Positions 20,210 to 30,290 are shown, counted from the first letter of the stretch. The stretch is DNA of 64,000 bases from Nitrososphaerota archaeon (GCA_021324115.1 JAJPJS010000025.1:83661-147660), one strand, 5' to 3'. Notes: generated by a model not told the origin, from the sequence alone. Program-made: numbers and translations.

Positions 20210-21105
20210 TTGAAGGTGCTTGGTATGAGCTTAGGGCGTCAGCTTAAAGGGGTGATAAGAGCTATGCTGACTCCGCTTGACGAAATGGTCCAAGTTGTCT
20301 ACGAACCGATTCCGAAGTTTGTGGAGAACCAAAAAGAAGGGTTGTCCATTTATCTGCGGCAGCACATGCCTCTTTCCTTTGATGAACATCAAAGAGAGAA
20401 TCGACTTCTCGAAATCGGTTATCTAGCACGCTTCTAGAAACGGGCTCATCTCTGTTGTGCATCTGGTCCCACCGAGCAAAGACGCCAGTGTAAGGCTTGC
20501 AAAGCAGGCTGAGAAGGATAAAGCAGACGCAATTGCATCTGCCTCGCCTTACTACTATCTTCTGGACGAAGCATCGATAGTGAATCACTTCAGCAGTATA
20601 GCCAAATTTGTAAGCTTACCACTTTTCGTCTGCTACATACTCGGATTCACAACCAACGCTACAGGCCTGTCGATCTTGAGAAAGCTAAAAGATGGCAGAA
20701 TGATAATCGGTATGAAGGATTCAAGCAAGGACTACCTATTTCTGGCAAGCGTTATTCAGGAAATGCAGAAGGTTGTGCGGTCCTGGACGGGATAGAGTCC
20801 TACCGCCTTCCAGCTCTGCTGGCTGGTGCAGCAGCCCTGTGGCTGCTCTGGGTAATGTATTCCCCAGGTTGCTTGTGGAGCTGTATTCGAAATTCCTGAA
20901 AAGCGATATTGACGAGGGTGTGAAGCAGCAGAAGAAGGTAACTCTGGCAAAAAATCTGACTGATTTTTACTGTATACCTTCGCTGTACGAGATACTCATA
21001 GAAAACGGAATAGAGTATGGTTGTTCGAGAAAACCGTTTCTGAGATTGTACGGAGAAATAAAAAGAGAAATGGTTCAGAGGCTGAAAAACTCTAACCTTC
21101 TGTGA
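20210..21105 (+). pseudogene. DapA / N-acetylneuraminate-lyase family (class I aldolase) gene split by two frameshifts
   Basis: Three consecutive ORFs in frames 2, 3 and 1 (20210-20437, 20457-20795, 20773-21105) align colinearly to the N-terminal, central (Schiff-base Lys context IGMKDSS) and C-terminal parts of DapA-family enzymes. The GTTGE motif region is degenerate. Confidence 0.5.
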
Positions 21106-21120
21106 AATTCTACCTATACC

Positions 21121-21786
21121 TCAAGGTTGCTTGGCTCCACATTTGGGGCAGAACGTAGAGGATTGAGGTATCTGAGTTCCGCAGCTTGGGCAGAATTTTG
21201 TTGCCATTCCTTGCTGAACTGATACCGCAGATGGCTGGGTCTGAGGGGTTTCCTGTATCGAAAAGTATGCGATCGCCTGGAAGATGTAAGCTACGAACAG
21301 TATTATAAAACCGACAAGGATTATTGTCAGCGCGGCTCCCCAGAACCATAACGTCGCAGTAGTCTTGAAGGCGTTGATATTTAGCTTGGTTCCCACAATT
21401 GTGTAGGCCTTTCTGACATAGAGCGCAGATACTATGAGAAATATCCAGCCTATGGCAAGAGATACAATTATCCCTAGAATGGCCGACAAACCTAAAGTGA
21501 AAACGGAGAAGAGTGCACCTGTGAACACTATGAATGCAGTAGCAGCCAGACCAATTATCCCTGCTATGAGCGCAATAAGCATGTTGTCGAAGATGGACTT
21601 GTCCTGAACCTCGTCGGAAATGTATTTTACAGCTATGAATACGAGAATCAGACCAACTATGCTTACACCTGGGAAGAACAGAAGGATTGAACCTATACCT
21701 CCGATAACTCTCGCGTCGCCTAGTCTTGTCATTGGAAGAAGTATAGCAATGAGCCGTTTATATGTGTGGTCTAAGGTACGCATCAA
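21121..21786 (-). CDS. Polytopic membrane protein with C-terminal zinc ribbon
   Basis: 221 aa, about 6 TM. C-terminal FCPSCGTQIP...FCPKCGAKQP. Confidence 0.55.
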   Translation of the reverse strand: MMRTLDHTYKRLIAILLPMTRLGDARVIGGIGSILLFFPGVSIVGLILVFIAVKYISDEVQDKSIFDNMLIALIAGIIGLAATAFIVFTGALFSVFTLGLSAILGIIVSLAIGWIFLIVSALYVRKAYTIVGTKLNINAFKTTATLWFWGAALTIILVGFIILFVAYIFQAIAYFSIQETPQTQPSAVSVQQGMATKFCPSCGTQIPQSSTFCPKCGAKQP

Positions 21787-21819
21787 CTTTAACTAGAATC
21801 CCGGTTAATTCCTGAGGTC

Positions 21820-22160
21820 TCATGTCATCTTTGAACCCTCAGGAACCTCTTTGTCTGGCTTGAGGTAGGCTTCCGAGTTGTTGGCTGTGGTCGCCAAGAT
21901 CATTACCAGAGATTCAATTCCGAATATCTTACGTGGAGGAAGATTCGTGACCACCGCTACCAGCTTTCCCCTGAGTTCTTCGAGATGGCAATATTGTACG
22001 ATTCCAGAAACTGCTTGGCTAACCTCCGATCCCAGGTCTATTTTCAGAAGCAACAACTTTTCGAGCCCTCAACCTGCTTTGCGTCCTCCATTCTCCCTAC
22101 CCTAGTATCGAGTTTTGTAAATTGTCCAAACGGAAATGTGTCAGCGGTTCTTACGCACAT
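21820..22160 (-). pseudogene. tRNA-binding domain protein (Trbp111/CsaA-like OB fold) interrupted by a 1-nt frameshift at an A-run
   Basis: C-terminal 78 aa (LLLKIDLGSEVSQAVSGI...GKLVAVVTNLPPRKIFGIES...PDKEVPEGSK) match the Trbp111/MetRS C-terminal domain. The missing N-terminus (MCVRTADTFPFGQFTKLDTRVGRMEDAKQVEGSK) is encoded immediately upstream in another frame, starting at ATG 22160. The frames join at GAAAAG near 22056-22061. Confidence 0.55.
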
Positions 22161-22567
22161 TCGTCGTTCATTACCGATTTATGCCTGTCGTATTTTTGAA
22201 TAGCAATCATTGTTAGCGAATCTCAATGCCCTTCCACGGCTGGAGTTTGTGGAATTCCCATCAACTTGGGAATTCCGATTATTGCTACTGGTCTGCCCAT
22301 TGGTTGGATGCTATTCGTGCTCCTACCTTACCCTTCCACCCTCATCGGCCCCGCTCCAGAAGCAAGGTTTTCGCTATAAGCCAGCTACCGCTAACCTCTC
22401 TAGGTCTTGCGGCCGCATTTCTTCTCTTCAAATTGATAATCTGGAAAAGTTCGCAGTCACGATTCTCGTGTGTACGGGTTATATCACAGGATTCCATCCC
22501 TATACTACCGTTTGTTAAACTGGAAATCGACATTAAGCCTATATTCCTTTCTCTCCTAACCTACGGC

Positions 22568-22942
22568 GTGCGGCCAGCCTGTGAATACTCTGTAAGGTAT
22601 TTGCTTCCCGCTTTCCGGTCAAGCATCGCCCGGAGGCTCGTAGACCATTATGGATTGACACAACAGGAGGTTGCCAAGCTACTGGGCACGACCCAAGCAG
22701 CAGTTAGTCACTATCTCGGTGACAGACGAGCTAAATTGGTGACTGCATGTGAAAAGAGCAGGATTGTGAACGATTTTGCCAAGGAGGCTGCCGCAAAGCT
22801 GGCCACCAAACAGATGACTTCGGACGATGCAAACGCCTTTTTCTGCGAATTATGCACGAAACTTCAGGACAGTGGTGTTTTCTGGGCTATACTTGGGATT
22901 AACAACGGGAACGGTTACGAACCCCGCCACTCCCATCTCTAA
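22568..22942 (+). CDS. Putative HTH transcriptional regulator (start uncertain; GTG at 22568 chosen)
   Basis: ORF 22226-22942 has a clear helix-turn-helix only in its C-terminal half (LVDHYGLTQQEVAKLLGTTQAAVSHYLG). The first ~95 codons are Trp/His-rich and not protein-like, and no ATG follows. Confidence 0.3.
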   Translation: MRPACEYSVRYLLPAFRSSIARRLVDHYGLTQQEVAKLLGTTQAAVSHYLGDRRAKLVTACEKSRIVNDFAKEAAAKLATKQMTSDDANAFFCELCTKLQDSGVFWAILGINNGNGYEPRHSHL

Positions 22943-22977
22943 ACGATTAAATAAGATGTAACTGCGTGCGTTTTGGT

Positions 22978-23095
<118 letters not shown>

Positions 23096-23338
23096 ACACT
23101 CGGACTATGGTTCCTTTCCGAAATTTTTGCCATCTTTTAAGAGCCGTCAGGATTACCCCCATTGATCATTGGCAGTTACCTAACGGCGCGCATTTCTCCG
23201 GGGAAATCAGCACCTTGATTCTCGGGCAATAACTAGTTTTCAATCGTTACCTAGGGTCAAACTAGAACATACAGAGTCTTCATTTTAGGTGTGACAACTG
23301 ACTTATAAACAACCGCGTGCGATAACCTACAAAGAGAA

Positions 23339-23740
23339 TTGAAGAACGAGTGGCTAGCTGGACTACTGTCTTTACTCGTTCCAGGATTTGGTCAATTCTA
23401 TAACTTGAAGGCAGTGAAAGGAACTCTATTCCTTGCCGCCTCAGTCCTTCTGATTCCTGTTGGTCTTGTTAATAGCGCGATCTCGGTTTATAACGTCCAG
23501 ATTCAGCTTATTATCCGCATTGTGAGCGTCTACGATGCTGTCAAGGACGCTGGCAGGTTCAACAGAGGCGATTTCGCGGAAGGTCACCGGGAACGATTCC
23601 AGAGTAATGTGCAGCACGCATTCATACCATCTTGTCAACCAGAAATGCTAGAGCGATGGTATACGTGCGGATTTGTCAATCCGACCCTGGAATTAAGAGG
23701 GAGAAGTGATGGGTTCCTGGGTTGTCCAAACTTTACGTAA
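23339..23740 (+). CDS. Small membrane protein (two TM at N-terminus), unknown function
   Basis: 133-aa ORF. The N-terminal 70 aa form two hydrophobic helices (LLSLLVPGFGQFYNLKAVKG...). The rest is low complexity, so the true product may be shorter. Confidence 0.35.
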   Translation: MKNEWLAGLLSLLVPGFGQFYNLKAVKGTLFLAASVLLIPVGLVNSAISVYNVQIQLIIRIVSVYDAVKDAGRFNRGDFAEGHRERFQSNVQHAFIPSCQPEMLERWYTCGFVNPTLELRGRSDGFLGCPNFT

Positions 23741-23943
23741 CATGTGACGTCGAAAATAAGGCGGTTCGAACACGTCCCTGAATTAGTGCAGCGGCATGTT
23801 CGCCTTCATATGAGCATTGTGGTCCCGTCTAAAGTGAAAGAGCTGTCGAAGTACAAGAAGTAAGAACTTGGAGCCGCCAGAATCGTCCCTGCGAAGGAAG
23901 CCGGTGGGCAGCTACTTGTGAGGACTCAACCCCCAAATGGGTG

Positions 23944-24034
23944 TGGGCCCGAAGGGACTTGAACCCATGACCGACCGGTGACTCACTACCTCTAGATATG
24001 AGCCGGTCGCTCTACCAATCTGAGCTACGGGCCC
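23944..24034 (-). tRNA. tRNA-Met/Ile2-type (anticodon CAT) with 17-nt anticodon-loop intron (23980-23996)
   Basis: Minus-strand read: GGGCCCG TA GCTC AGATTGGTA GAGC G ACCGG CTCATA [TCTAGAGGTAGTGAGTC] A CCGGT CGGTC ATGGG TTCAAGT CCCTT CGGGCCC A. Splicing gives the canonical loop CTCATAA. The intron pairs TGAG with loop CTCA (relaxed BHB). G1-C72 argues for elongator Met or Ile2 rather than initiator. Confidence 0.8.
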
Positions 24035-24135
24035 TCAGGCCACCGTTTTGAGAAGCTGTTCTTTTATCCTTTCTTACCATCATTCGCGGCAAATTTTTAA
24101 TACCGTGAACTCATTCAGATAGATGCGAACAGGTA

Positions 24136-25185
24136 ATGGCTTCCAAGAAGGATTATTTAAAAACGGAGATTCACCACATCGATATAAAGCAGTTCGATGT
24201 CGTCAAACTTGTCGAAAGCTTCTCAGGTATGGCCTTCCAGGCACGCAACCTCTCGAGAGCATCGATGATCTTTGATCAGATGCTCCGGGACACGGATTGT
24301 TCCATAATTCTCACACTCGCTGGTTCACTTTTCAGCGCAGGGCTGAAGGATGTCGTGGTGGATATGGTTGAGAATAACATGGTTGATGCAATAGTTTCCA
24401 CAGGAGCCATAATGGTCGACCAAGATTTTTTCGAGGCATTAGGATTCAAACATTACTTGGGGGCACCCAATGTTGATGACGATGAACTTCAGCGCCTACA
24501 CATAGACAGAATTTATGATACCTTTATCGATGAAGATGAACTAAGAATCTGCGATGATACTGTTAGGATTGTTGCAGATTCGCTCGAACCCAGACCCTAC
24601 TCATCAAGAGAATTCATAGCAGAGATGGGAAAATATCTGGAGGCTCACCGTCCCAATTCCAGGTCTGTCATCCTTTCGAGTTACCGAAAGGGAGTTCCAA
24701 TATTCGTTCCAGCCTTCTCAGATTGCAGCGCCGGATTTGGCCTTATCCAGCATCAAACGAGCAGACAAAAGCACGTATCGATAGACTCGGCGAAGGACTT
24801 CCTTGAGCTGACAAGGCTCAAGCTTCTTGCCAAGGACACAGGGTTGCTCATGGTGGGTGGTGGTGTACCGAAGAATTTCGCTCAGGATGTGGTTGTGGCT
24901 GCAGACATTCTGACCACGGAGACAAGGATGCACAAGTACGCAATACAGCTAACGGTGGCAGATGAGCGCGACGGTGCGCTATCGGGGTCCACTCTCAGAG
25001 AGGCCCATTCATGGGGGAAAGTCGACCTCGGAAGGGAACAGATGGTTTTCGGCGAAGCCACCATAACGTTTCCGTTGCTTGCGGCTTATGCATACCATAA
25101 AGGCGGGTGGAAACTCCGTCATGAAAACAGGTATAATGTTCCTCTATCCTCTCAATCCAGCGTCTTGGCTCGGTCAAAGACGTAA
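24136..25185 (+). CDS. dys: Deoxyhypusine synthase
   Basis: 349 aa. Strong DHS-family similarity throughout (…ILTLAGSLFSAGL…VSTGA…, GGGVPKNFAQD NAD-binding region, catalytic Lys region KLLAKD…). Confidence 0.85.
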   Translation: MASKKDYLKTEIHHIDIKQFDVVKLVESFSGMAFQARNLSRASMIFDQMLRDTDCSIILTLAGSLFSAGLKDVVVDMVENNMVDAIVSTGAIMVDQDFFEALGFKHYLGAPNVDDDELQRLHIDRIYDTFIDEDELRICDDTVRIVADSLEPRPYSSREFIAEMGKYLEAHRPNSRSVILSSYRKGVPIFVPAFSDCSAGFGLIQHQTSRQKHVSIDSAKDFLELTRLKLLAKDTGLLMVGGGVPKNFAQDVVVAADILTTETRMHKYAIQLTVADERDGALSGSTLREAHSWGKVDLGREQMVFGEATITFPLLAAYAYHKGGWKLRHENRYNVPLSSQSSVLARSKT

Positions 25186-25188
25186 GAT

Positions 25189-25794
25189 TCACTTCATGGC
25201 ATGCACGAAGAAATCCGATATGAATTCAGACGATTTTTCCAGATTGTACTTCCGCTCGAAATGAAGCCTTTGAAAGACGACGTGGTTAAGTAACCCCAGG
25301 AGGATGTCTGCAGACATTTCCGGGTCCGACCTACGGAATTCGCCCCGTCTGATACCCTGTTCCACTATGCCAACCACCATTTTCAATATCTGCTCAAAAC
25401 CGCGAGCCACCTTACCAGCATTATCCTTGTCCAGCTCAGCCGTGTCCTTCAGATAGAGTCCCACACTGAATGCATCCTCTGGAAAGGACGTGAGGTAGGT
25501 GCGTACAAACGACCTCACACTCGACTCCGCATTCGGACCCTTTGAAGCACGATCAAGCCTGTTGATGAAATCCGACATGCTCACTTTCTTCTTTGTGACT
25601 GCCTGAAAGAGCCCCTTTTTGCTCCCGAAGTAGTAATATATCATGGGCGGGGTCGTCTTCGCTTCCTTACAGATATCCCTGATAGAGACGTTGGCATATC
25701 CTTTTTCGGAGAATAATCTGGAAGCAACTTCCAGAATTTCGTCAGGACCAGCCTTTTCCTTTGCTACGCTCAACTGATGCATCAAGTAGACCAT
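25189..25794 (-). CDS. TetR/AcrR family transcriptional regulator
   Basis: 201 aa. N-terminal TetR HTH (ASRLFSEKGYANVSIRDICKEAKTTPPMIYYYFGSKKGLF). Confidence 0.8.
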   Translation of the reverse strand: MVYLMHQLSVAKEKAGPDEILEVASRLFSEKGYANVSIRDICKEAKTTPPMIYYYFGSKKGLFQAVTKKKVSMSDFINRLDRASKGPNAESSVRSFVRTYLTSFPEDAFSVGLYLKDTAELDKDNAGKVARGFEQILKMVVGIVEQGIRRGEFRRSDPEMSADILLGLLNHVVFQRLHFERKYNLEKSSEFISDFFVHAMK

Positions 25795-25819
25795 CCATTT
25801 GTATATTTAATGTTCCGGT

Positions 25820-26431
25820 TTGGCCTATTTAGCGCTTATTAGCCTTAAATATGACCCTCTGCGGACCGCGAGTCTCATGCCTTCAAACACAAGGCGCATC
25901 GCCATTGCAAGCATCTTCGGTGTGGTGATCTTTCTTATACAGGGTTTCATCCCACCGCCAAACTCCGATTTCCTCATAGTATTCCAGACATTTTTTCTGG
26001 CACTCAGTTTTCTGACCGTCAGACCCTTTGGAGCCACCTATGTAGGAGTCATCAGCGGACTTCTAATCTCCGTGGCCAAACCCATGTACTTTCCTCTCGA
26101 CCTTGTTTTTGCTTCTCTATTCGGACTTGTGATGGATGGGTTGGGAACTGCTTTCAGGGCAAAACAAGGTTCAGATGCAAGGCTGGTAAGGCTGGTCTCC
26201 GCATCAACTATTGCCACCGCATTGGTCGGCTTCTCCGCATACTACCTTACGGCCGTGGTCACGCATATCGTCCCCAATGATGTGGGGCTCGACCTGACGG
26301 TTCTGATTTTCGGAATCGCGAGCGGTGCCGTCGGAGGATACCTGGCAGGTAAAATCTGGAACCGAGACCTCAGGGTTCGATTCGGTAACGATGGGTACAG
26401 TAAGGATGAAAAACAATCCCAAAAGATATGA
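25820..26431 (+). CDS. Polytopic membrane protein divergent from the TetR gene (possible small-substrate transporter component)
   Basis: 203 aa, about 5 TM. Divergently arranged with TetR, the classic regulator-target geometry. No recognisable family. Confidence 0.45.
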   Translation: MAYLALISLKYDPLRTASLMPSNTRRIAIASIFGVVIFLIQGFIPPPNSDFLIVFQTFFLALSFLTVRPFGATYVGVISGLLISVAKPMYFPLDLVFASLFGLVMDGLGTAFRAKQGSDARLVRLVSASTIATALVGFSAYYLTAVVTHIVPNDVGLDLTVLIFGIASGAVGGYLAGKIWNRDLRVRFGNDGYSKDEKQSQKI

Positions 26432-26455
26432 ACATGCGATCATTCATCTTCCGCG

Positions 26456-27553
26456 ATGAACTCCCGATACGAAAGAATTTTTGAGCACGCAAACGCAGAT
26501 GTCGATGTCATAATAATACGAAACGGAATGAAGAGCGACACAAACTTCTTCTACCTGACCGGCTACACGAATGGATTATTCGAACTATCGACCAGCTTTC
26601 TATTCAGGGACGGACACATCGAGGTTGTCACCAGCAAGCTGGAGGAGCAGGCTGCGAGGGGTGGCAAGCATACAGTACACGTGCAGACGGGGTCTGGGGC
26701 CATGGGGCTGCGCAAATCAATGGAGGACTCCATGAAGAATGTGAAGAGGGCGGGCGTAAACTACAAAGGAATAACCGTTGCAGACCTTGAATTCCTGAAG
26801 GAGGCCTTCAAGGGCGTAATCTTCACTGATGTATCAGATGCCCTGGACAAGGCCAGAAGGGTGAAGGACCCGGATGAGATTGCAGCAATATCACGGGCAT
26901 GCAAAATCATTTCCGAAGTTGTTGAGGGGGTTCCTCAGATGCTGCATCAGGGCATGACCGAAAATGAACTGAGGGCAGACATAGAGTATGATATGATGAA
27001 GAAAGGCGCCTCCGCACCTTCATTCAGCAGCATCGTCGCATTTGGTGAAAACTCGGCCATCCCACACTACTCTCCCGGAGCCAGGCGCCTGAAGGCAGGA
27101 GATACCGTCCTGGTGGACATCGGCGCTAAATACGACCTGTACTGCTCCGACATTACCCGCACATTTTTCTACAAGGAAGTTTCAAGGGAACAGACTCAGA
27201 TGTACCATGTAGTGGAGGAGGCTCAGTTAGCAGGACTGCACAGCATAAGGGAGGGGGCGACCGGACGATCCGCTTACGAAGCGGCCCTCAAAGTTATAGA
27301 CGCAACCAGATTCAAGGGCAGGTTCATCCACTCTCTCGGTCACTTCCTGGGAATCGATGTCCATGACGGCTATGGAAGGGCGCTTTCACATGATGGCGTG
27401 GAGCCTCTTGAGTCAAATATGGTTGTTACAGTTGAACCTGGTGTCTATGTGCCAGGTAGGGGTGGCGTTCGAATCGAGGACGATGTCCAAGTGTCCAAAA
27501 CCGGTTACAAGATGCTCACGCAAGCTCCAAGAGAGCTGATTGTAGTTCGATGA
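26456..27553 (+). CDS. M24 family Xaa-Pro aminopeptidase / prolidase
   Basis: 365 aa. Creatinase-like N-domain plus pita-bread C-domain with metal ligands (DIGAKYDLYCSDITRT, HSLGHFLGIDVHD, VTVEPGVY, RIEDDV). Confidence 0.85.
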   Translation: MNSRYERIFEHANADVDVIIIRNGMKSDTNFFYLTGYTNGLFELSTSFLFRDGHIEVVTSKLEEQAARGGKHTVHVQTGSGAMGLRKSMEDSMKNVKRAGVNYKGITVADLEFLKEAFKGVIFTDVSDALDKARRVKDPDEIAAISRACKIISEVVEGVPQMLHQGMTENELRADIEYDMMKKGASAPSFSSIVAFGENSAIPHYSPGARRLKAGDTVLVDIGAKYDLYCSDITRTFFYKEVSREQTQMYHVVEEAQLAGLHSIREGATGRSAYEAALKVIDATRFKGRFIHSLGHFLGIDVHDGYGRALSHDGVEPLESNMVVTVEPGVYVPGRGGVRIEDDVQVSKTGYKMLTQAPRELIVVR

Positions 27554-27632
27554 AAGAAAACGATTTGCCTTACCTTTCTTTTTCCTCACGAAACAATTAA
27601 TATCCAGCCGCCTAAGGTGATGAGAGCAAACC

Positions 27633-28787
27633 TTGCCGGACACTCACAACAGCGACTTCAACGTGACGCCCTGGGAGGTAACAGGCCAGGTGGATTACGC
27701 GAAGCTTATCAAGAAGTTCGGCACACAACCAATCGGAGACGACCTCAAGCAAAGGCTGTTCAAGGATGCGGGTGAAAGTCACTTTGCGATACGCCGCGGG
27801 GTTTACTATTCCCACAGAGACCTCGACCTGGCTTTGACAGATTTCGAAGAGGGCAGGAGATTCTTTCTGTACACGGGAAGAGGGCCCAGTGGACCGATGC
27901 ATCTCGGTCACATAATTCAGTTTTATTTTACCAGCTGGCTGCAGAGGCGTTTCAAGGCCAATGTGTACATACCTCTCACAGATGACGAAGTGTATCTCTC
28001 GGAAAGGTCCCCAAGTCTCGATGTTGCTCAAAAGTGGGCATTCGAAAACTCCCTCGATATCGTTGCCGCAGGCTTCGACCCCGATCACACATTCATCTTC
28101 AAGGATACGGAGTATCTGGGAAGAATGTACAAACTTGCGATCAGAGTGGCAAAGAAGATCAATTTCAGCACTGCGAAGGCAATATTCGGATTCGGTGGAG
28201 AAACCAACATCGGGTTTCTATTTTATCCAGCTATTCAGGTCGTACCCAGCCTGTTCGAGCATTCGAGGTGCCTTATCCCCTGCGCCATAGACCAGGACCC
28301 GTTCTGGCGGATTCAGCGTGACATCGCGGAATCCCTCGGTTTCCCGAAAGCGGCCGCACTGCATTCCAAGTTCCTTCCAGCCCTGACAGGTATTTCAGGG
28401 AAGATGTCTGCTTCGATCGCAGAAACAGCAATCTATCTGAACGATGATGAAAGAACCGTTCGCTCAAAGATCGTCAAAGGTGCCTTCAGCGGCGGGCAGG
28501 CAACGGTTGAGGAGCACAGAAGGCTGGGTGGAAACACCGAAGTGGACGTGCCTTTTCAGTGGCTTTACATGTTCTTCGAGCAATCGGATGACAGGATTGA
28601 ACAGATACGCCAGGAGTACTCCTCCGGGAAGATGCTAAGTGGGGAGCTCAAGGGCATTCTCATCGATAAGGTGAATGAATTTCTTAAAGAGCACAGGGCA
28701 AGGAGAAGACGTGCGGAGGGGGAACTGGAAAAATTTACCGGCACAGGCGAGCTTGCCTCCCGCATGATGAATTCTGACCTGACTTAA
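27633..28787 (+). CDS. trpS: Tryptophanyl-tRNA synthetase (archaeal/eukaryal type)
   Basis: 384 aa. Class I HIGH variant (GPMHLGHIIQF) and KMSKS variant (KMSAS). Overall TrpRS/TyrRS-subclass layout. Confidence 0.85.
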   Translation: MPDTHNSDFNVTPWEVTGQVDYAKLIKKFGTQPIGDDLKQRLFKDAGESHFAIRRGVYYSHRDLDLALTDFEEGRRFFLYTGRGPSGPMHLGHIIQFYFTSWLQRRFKANVYIPLTDDEVYLSERSPSLDVAQKWAFENSLDIVAAGFDPDHTFIFKDTEYLGRMYKLAIRVAKKINFSTAKAIFGFGGETNIGFLFYPAIQVVPSLFEHSRCLIPCAIDQDPFWRIQRDIAESLGFPKAAALHSKFLPALTGISGKMSASIAETAIYLNDDERTVRSKIVKGAFSGGQATVEEHRRLGGNTEVDVPFQWLYMFFEQSDDRIEQIRQEYSSGKMLSGELKGILIDKVNEFLKEHRARRRRAEGELEKFTGTGELASRMMNSDLT

Positions 28788-29129
28788 CCTGACTTGAGGT
28801 TGGGCATGCAACGTCATATGGGACCCTTTTAACGTTATCAGCCGGCAAATCTTACATCCTGTTCTTTTTCACTGACCACTCTTCGAAGCAGTTCTTTGAA
28901 AGTGAAAACATCTGACCCCACTTCATCTTTCTGGAATACAGGAGTTTAATTGGCTTACCCATGTCAAAAAATCAACAACTCCGATGTAGATGGTGTTGCG
29001 ATTCTTCGCTTCAACAATGCAACATACAGACAGACGAACACAAAAAGATTCGTATGTTCGGGTTGGTAGAACGCCCGTTCAATAACACAGTCTTAAAGGA
29101 AAATCATTCCTACCTTCAGACGATAAGGA

Positions 29130-30263
29130 ATGACAGAAAAATCGAACGCGAACAACTCTCTCAGGATGGTCCGACGGCATTTCGTGCCTCTAGCTGCTGC
29201 GCTGATGATTCTGCTGTCTGGAACTGTAATCTACGTATCAGCCTCTGATGCACCTCAGCTATTCAATGTACAGGTATTCGTGACGACTGCCCAGCCTGAA
29301 ATGAATTACTACTATGTGACGGCCTACAATTCAACGGGCAGCATCGTTGTCCAGTCGCAGGGGCAGTATCCCGGCTTCGGGCTCGAACTTCCCAAAGGCT
29401 CGTACCTTCTTGCGGTCACAGCAATTCAGCAGGGCGGACCCATTTGCGTAGATATATGTGCAAGCGGATCGGTTCAAAATTCTCTACCTGTACGGGCACC
29501 CCTACCTGAAGAATATGGATACAAACTTCTGCAGGTAAACGGCCCGGCAACAACGAGCATCCAGATGGAGAACGTCTATAACATCACGCAGACAAAGATC
29601 ACGATACAGGTCTACTTCGAAAACGGTACCCCCGCCGAAGGGGCGCAGGTATATGCATCTGTTGTGGGACAGCAGTATTACTATCCCTATTACGCATCAA
29701 ACATGTACGGACGAACCAATTCATCTGGCGTGGCTGTTCTAAAAGTACCCTCGCTGCCCGTAGAGGTCTATGCCTGGGACTGGGTGGCGGTCAATCTTCC
29801 GAAGAACATCACCACAGTGCAGACCATCATAGGAGGAGAGCCGGTGAATGTGACTGTATACTGGCAGCCAACATATGTGGGACTTGCAGGTAATGCTCTT
29901 GTGATTCCCCCTGCTGACCAGGCTACGATTACACTCAAGGTACAGAGGCAGGACTTCTGGGCGGTTCCACTGGTAAGCCAGGCTGGTGCTTCGAGCCAGG
30001 TAGTGACGCCGGGATCTGAGTCGTCCACTCCACAGGGCGTCCCAGCAATGGTAGCATCGCAGCTTTCGTCAATATCGGGAAGTCAGTATGTCCAGCCTGG
30101 TGGCAATCAAGGAGCTATTTCGCAGCTCCCAGCCCCTTCTTCTTCCACTCCTCAAACAGTTTCACCGGGCGGGTACATGAACACAGTTCTCTTGGGAGCC
30201 ATCGCTGTCGCAGTTTCCATAATCCTGGTATTATCCATCATTCTCATCCTGAGAAAACACTGA
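29130..30263 (+). CDS. Putative cell-surface glycoprotein (N-terminal signal/TM, many N-glycosylation sequons, Ser/Thr-rich stalk, C-terminal TM anchor)
   Basis: 377 aa. N-terminal hydrophobic segment (LAAALMILLSGTVIYVSA). At least 8 N-x-S/T sequons (NSTGS, NITQT, NGTPA, NSSGV, NITTV, NVTVY, ...). SSSTPQTVSPGG linker, then terminal TM plus RKH. Confidence 0.55.
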   Translation: MTEKSNANNSLRMVRRHFVPLAAALMILLSGTVIYVSASDAPQLFNVQVFVTTAQPEMNYYYVTAYNSTGSIVVQSQGQYPGFGLELPKGSYLLAVTAIQQGGPICVDICASGSVQNSLPVRAPLPEEYGYKLLQVNGPATTSIQMENVYNITQTKITIQVYFENGTPAEGAQVYASVVGQQYYYPYYASNMYGRTNSSGVAVLKVPSLPVEVYAWDWVAVNLPKNITTVQTIIGGEPVNVTVYWQPTYVGLAGNALVIPPADQATITLKVQRQDFWAVPLVSQAGASSQVVTPGSESSTPQGVPAMVASQLSSISGSQYVQPGGNQGAISQLPAPSSSTPQTVSPGGYMNTVLLGAIAVAVSIILVLSIILILRKH

Positions 30264-30267
30264 AAAC

Positions 30268-30290
30268 CCAAATTTTCTTTTTATTAGACC
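30268..30290 (+). terminator. T-rich tract between convergent genes (putative archaeal terminator)
   Basis: aaattttctttttatt lies immediately after the stop of the surface-protein gene and opposite the 3' end of the minus-strand gene ending at 30325. Confidence 0.3.

Noticed and set aside
22226-22567. 5' extension of the HTH ORF (first ~115 codons of the listed 238-aa ORF)
   Set aside because: The translation is Trp/His/Ser-rich and repetitive (MPFHGWSLWNSHQLGN…HPHRPRSRSK), unlike a protein. It more likely represents read-through of non-coding or degraded sequence upstream of the real HTH gene.
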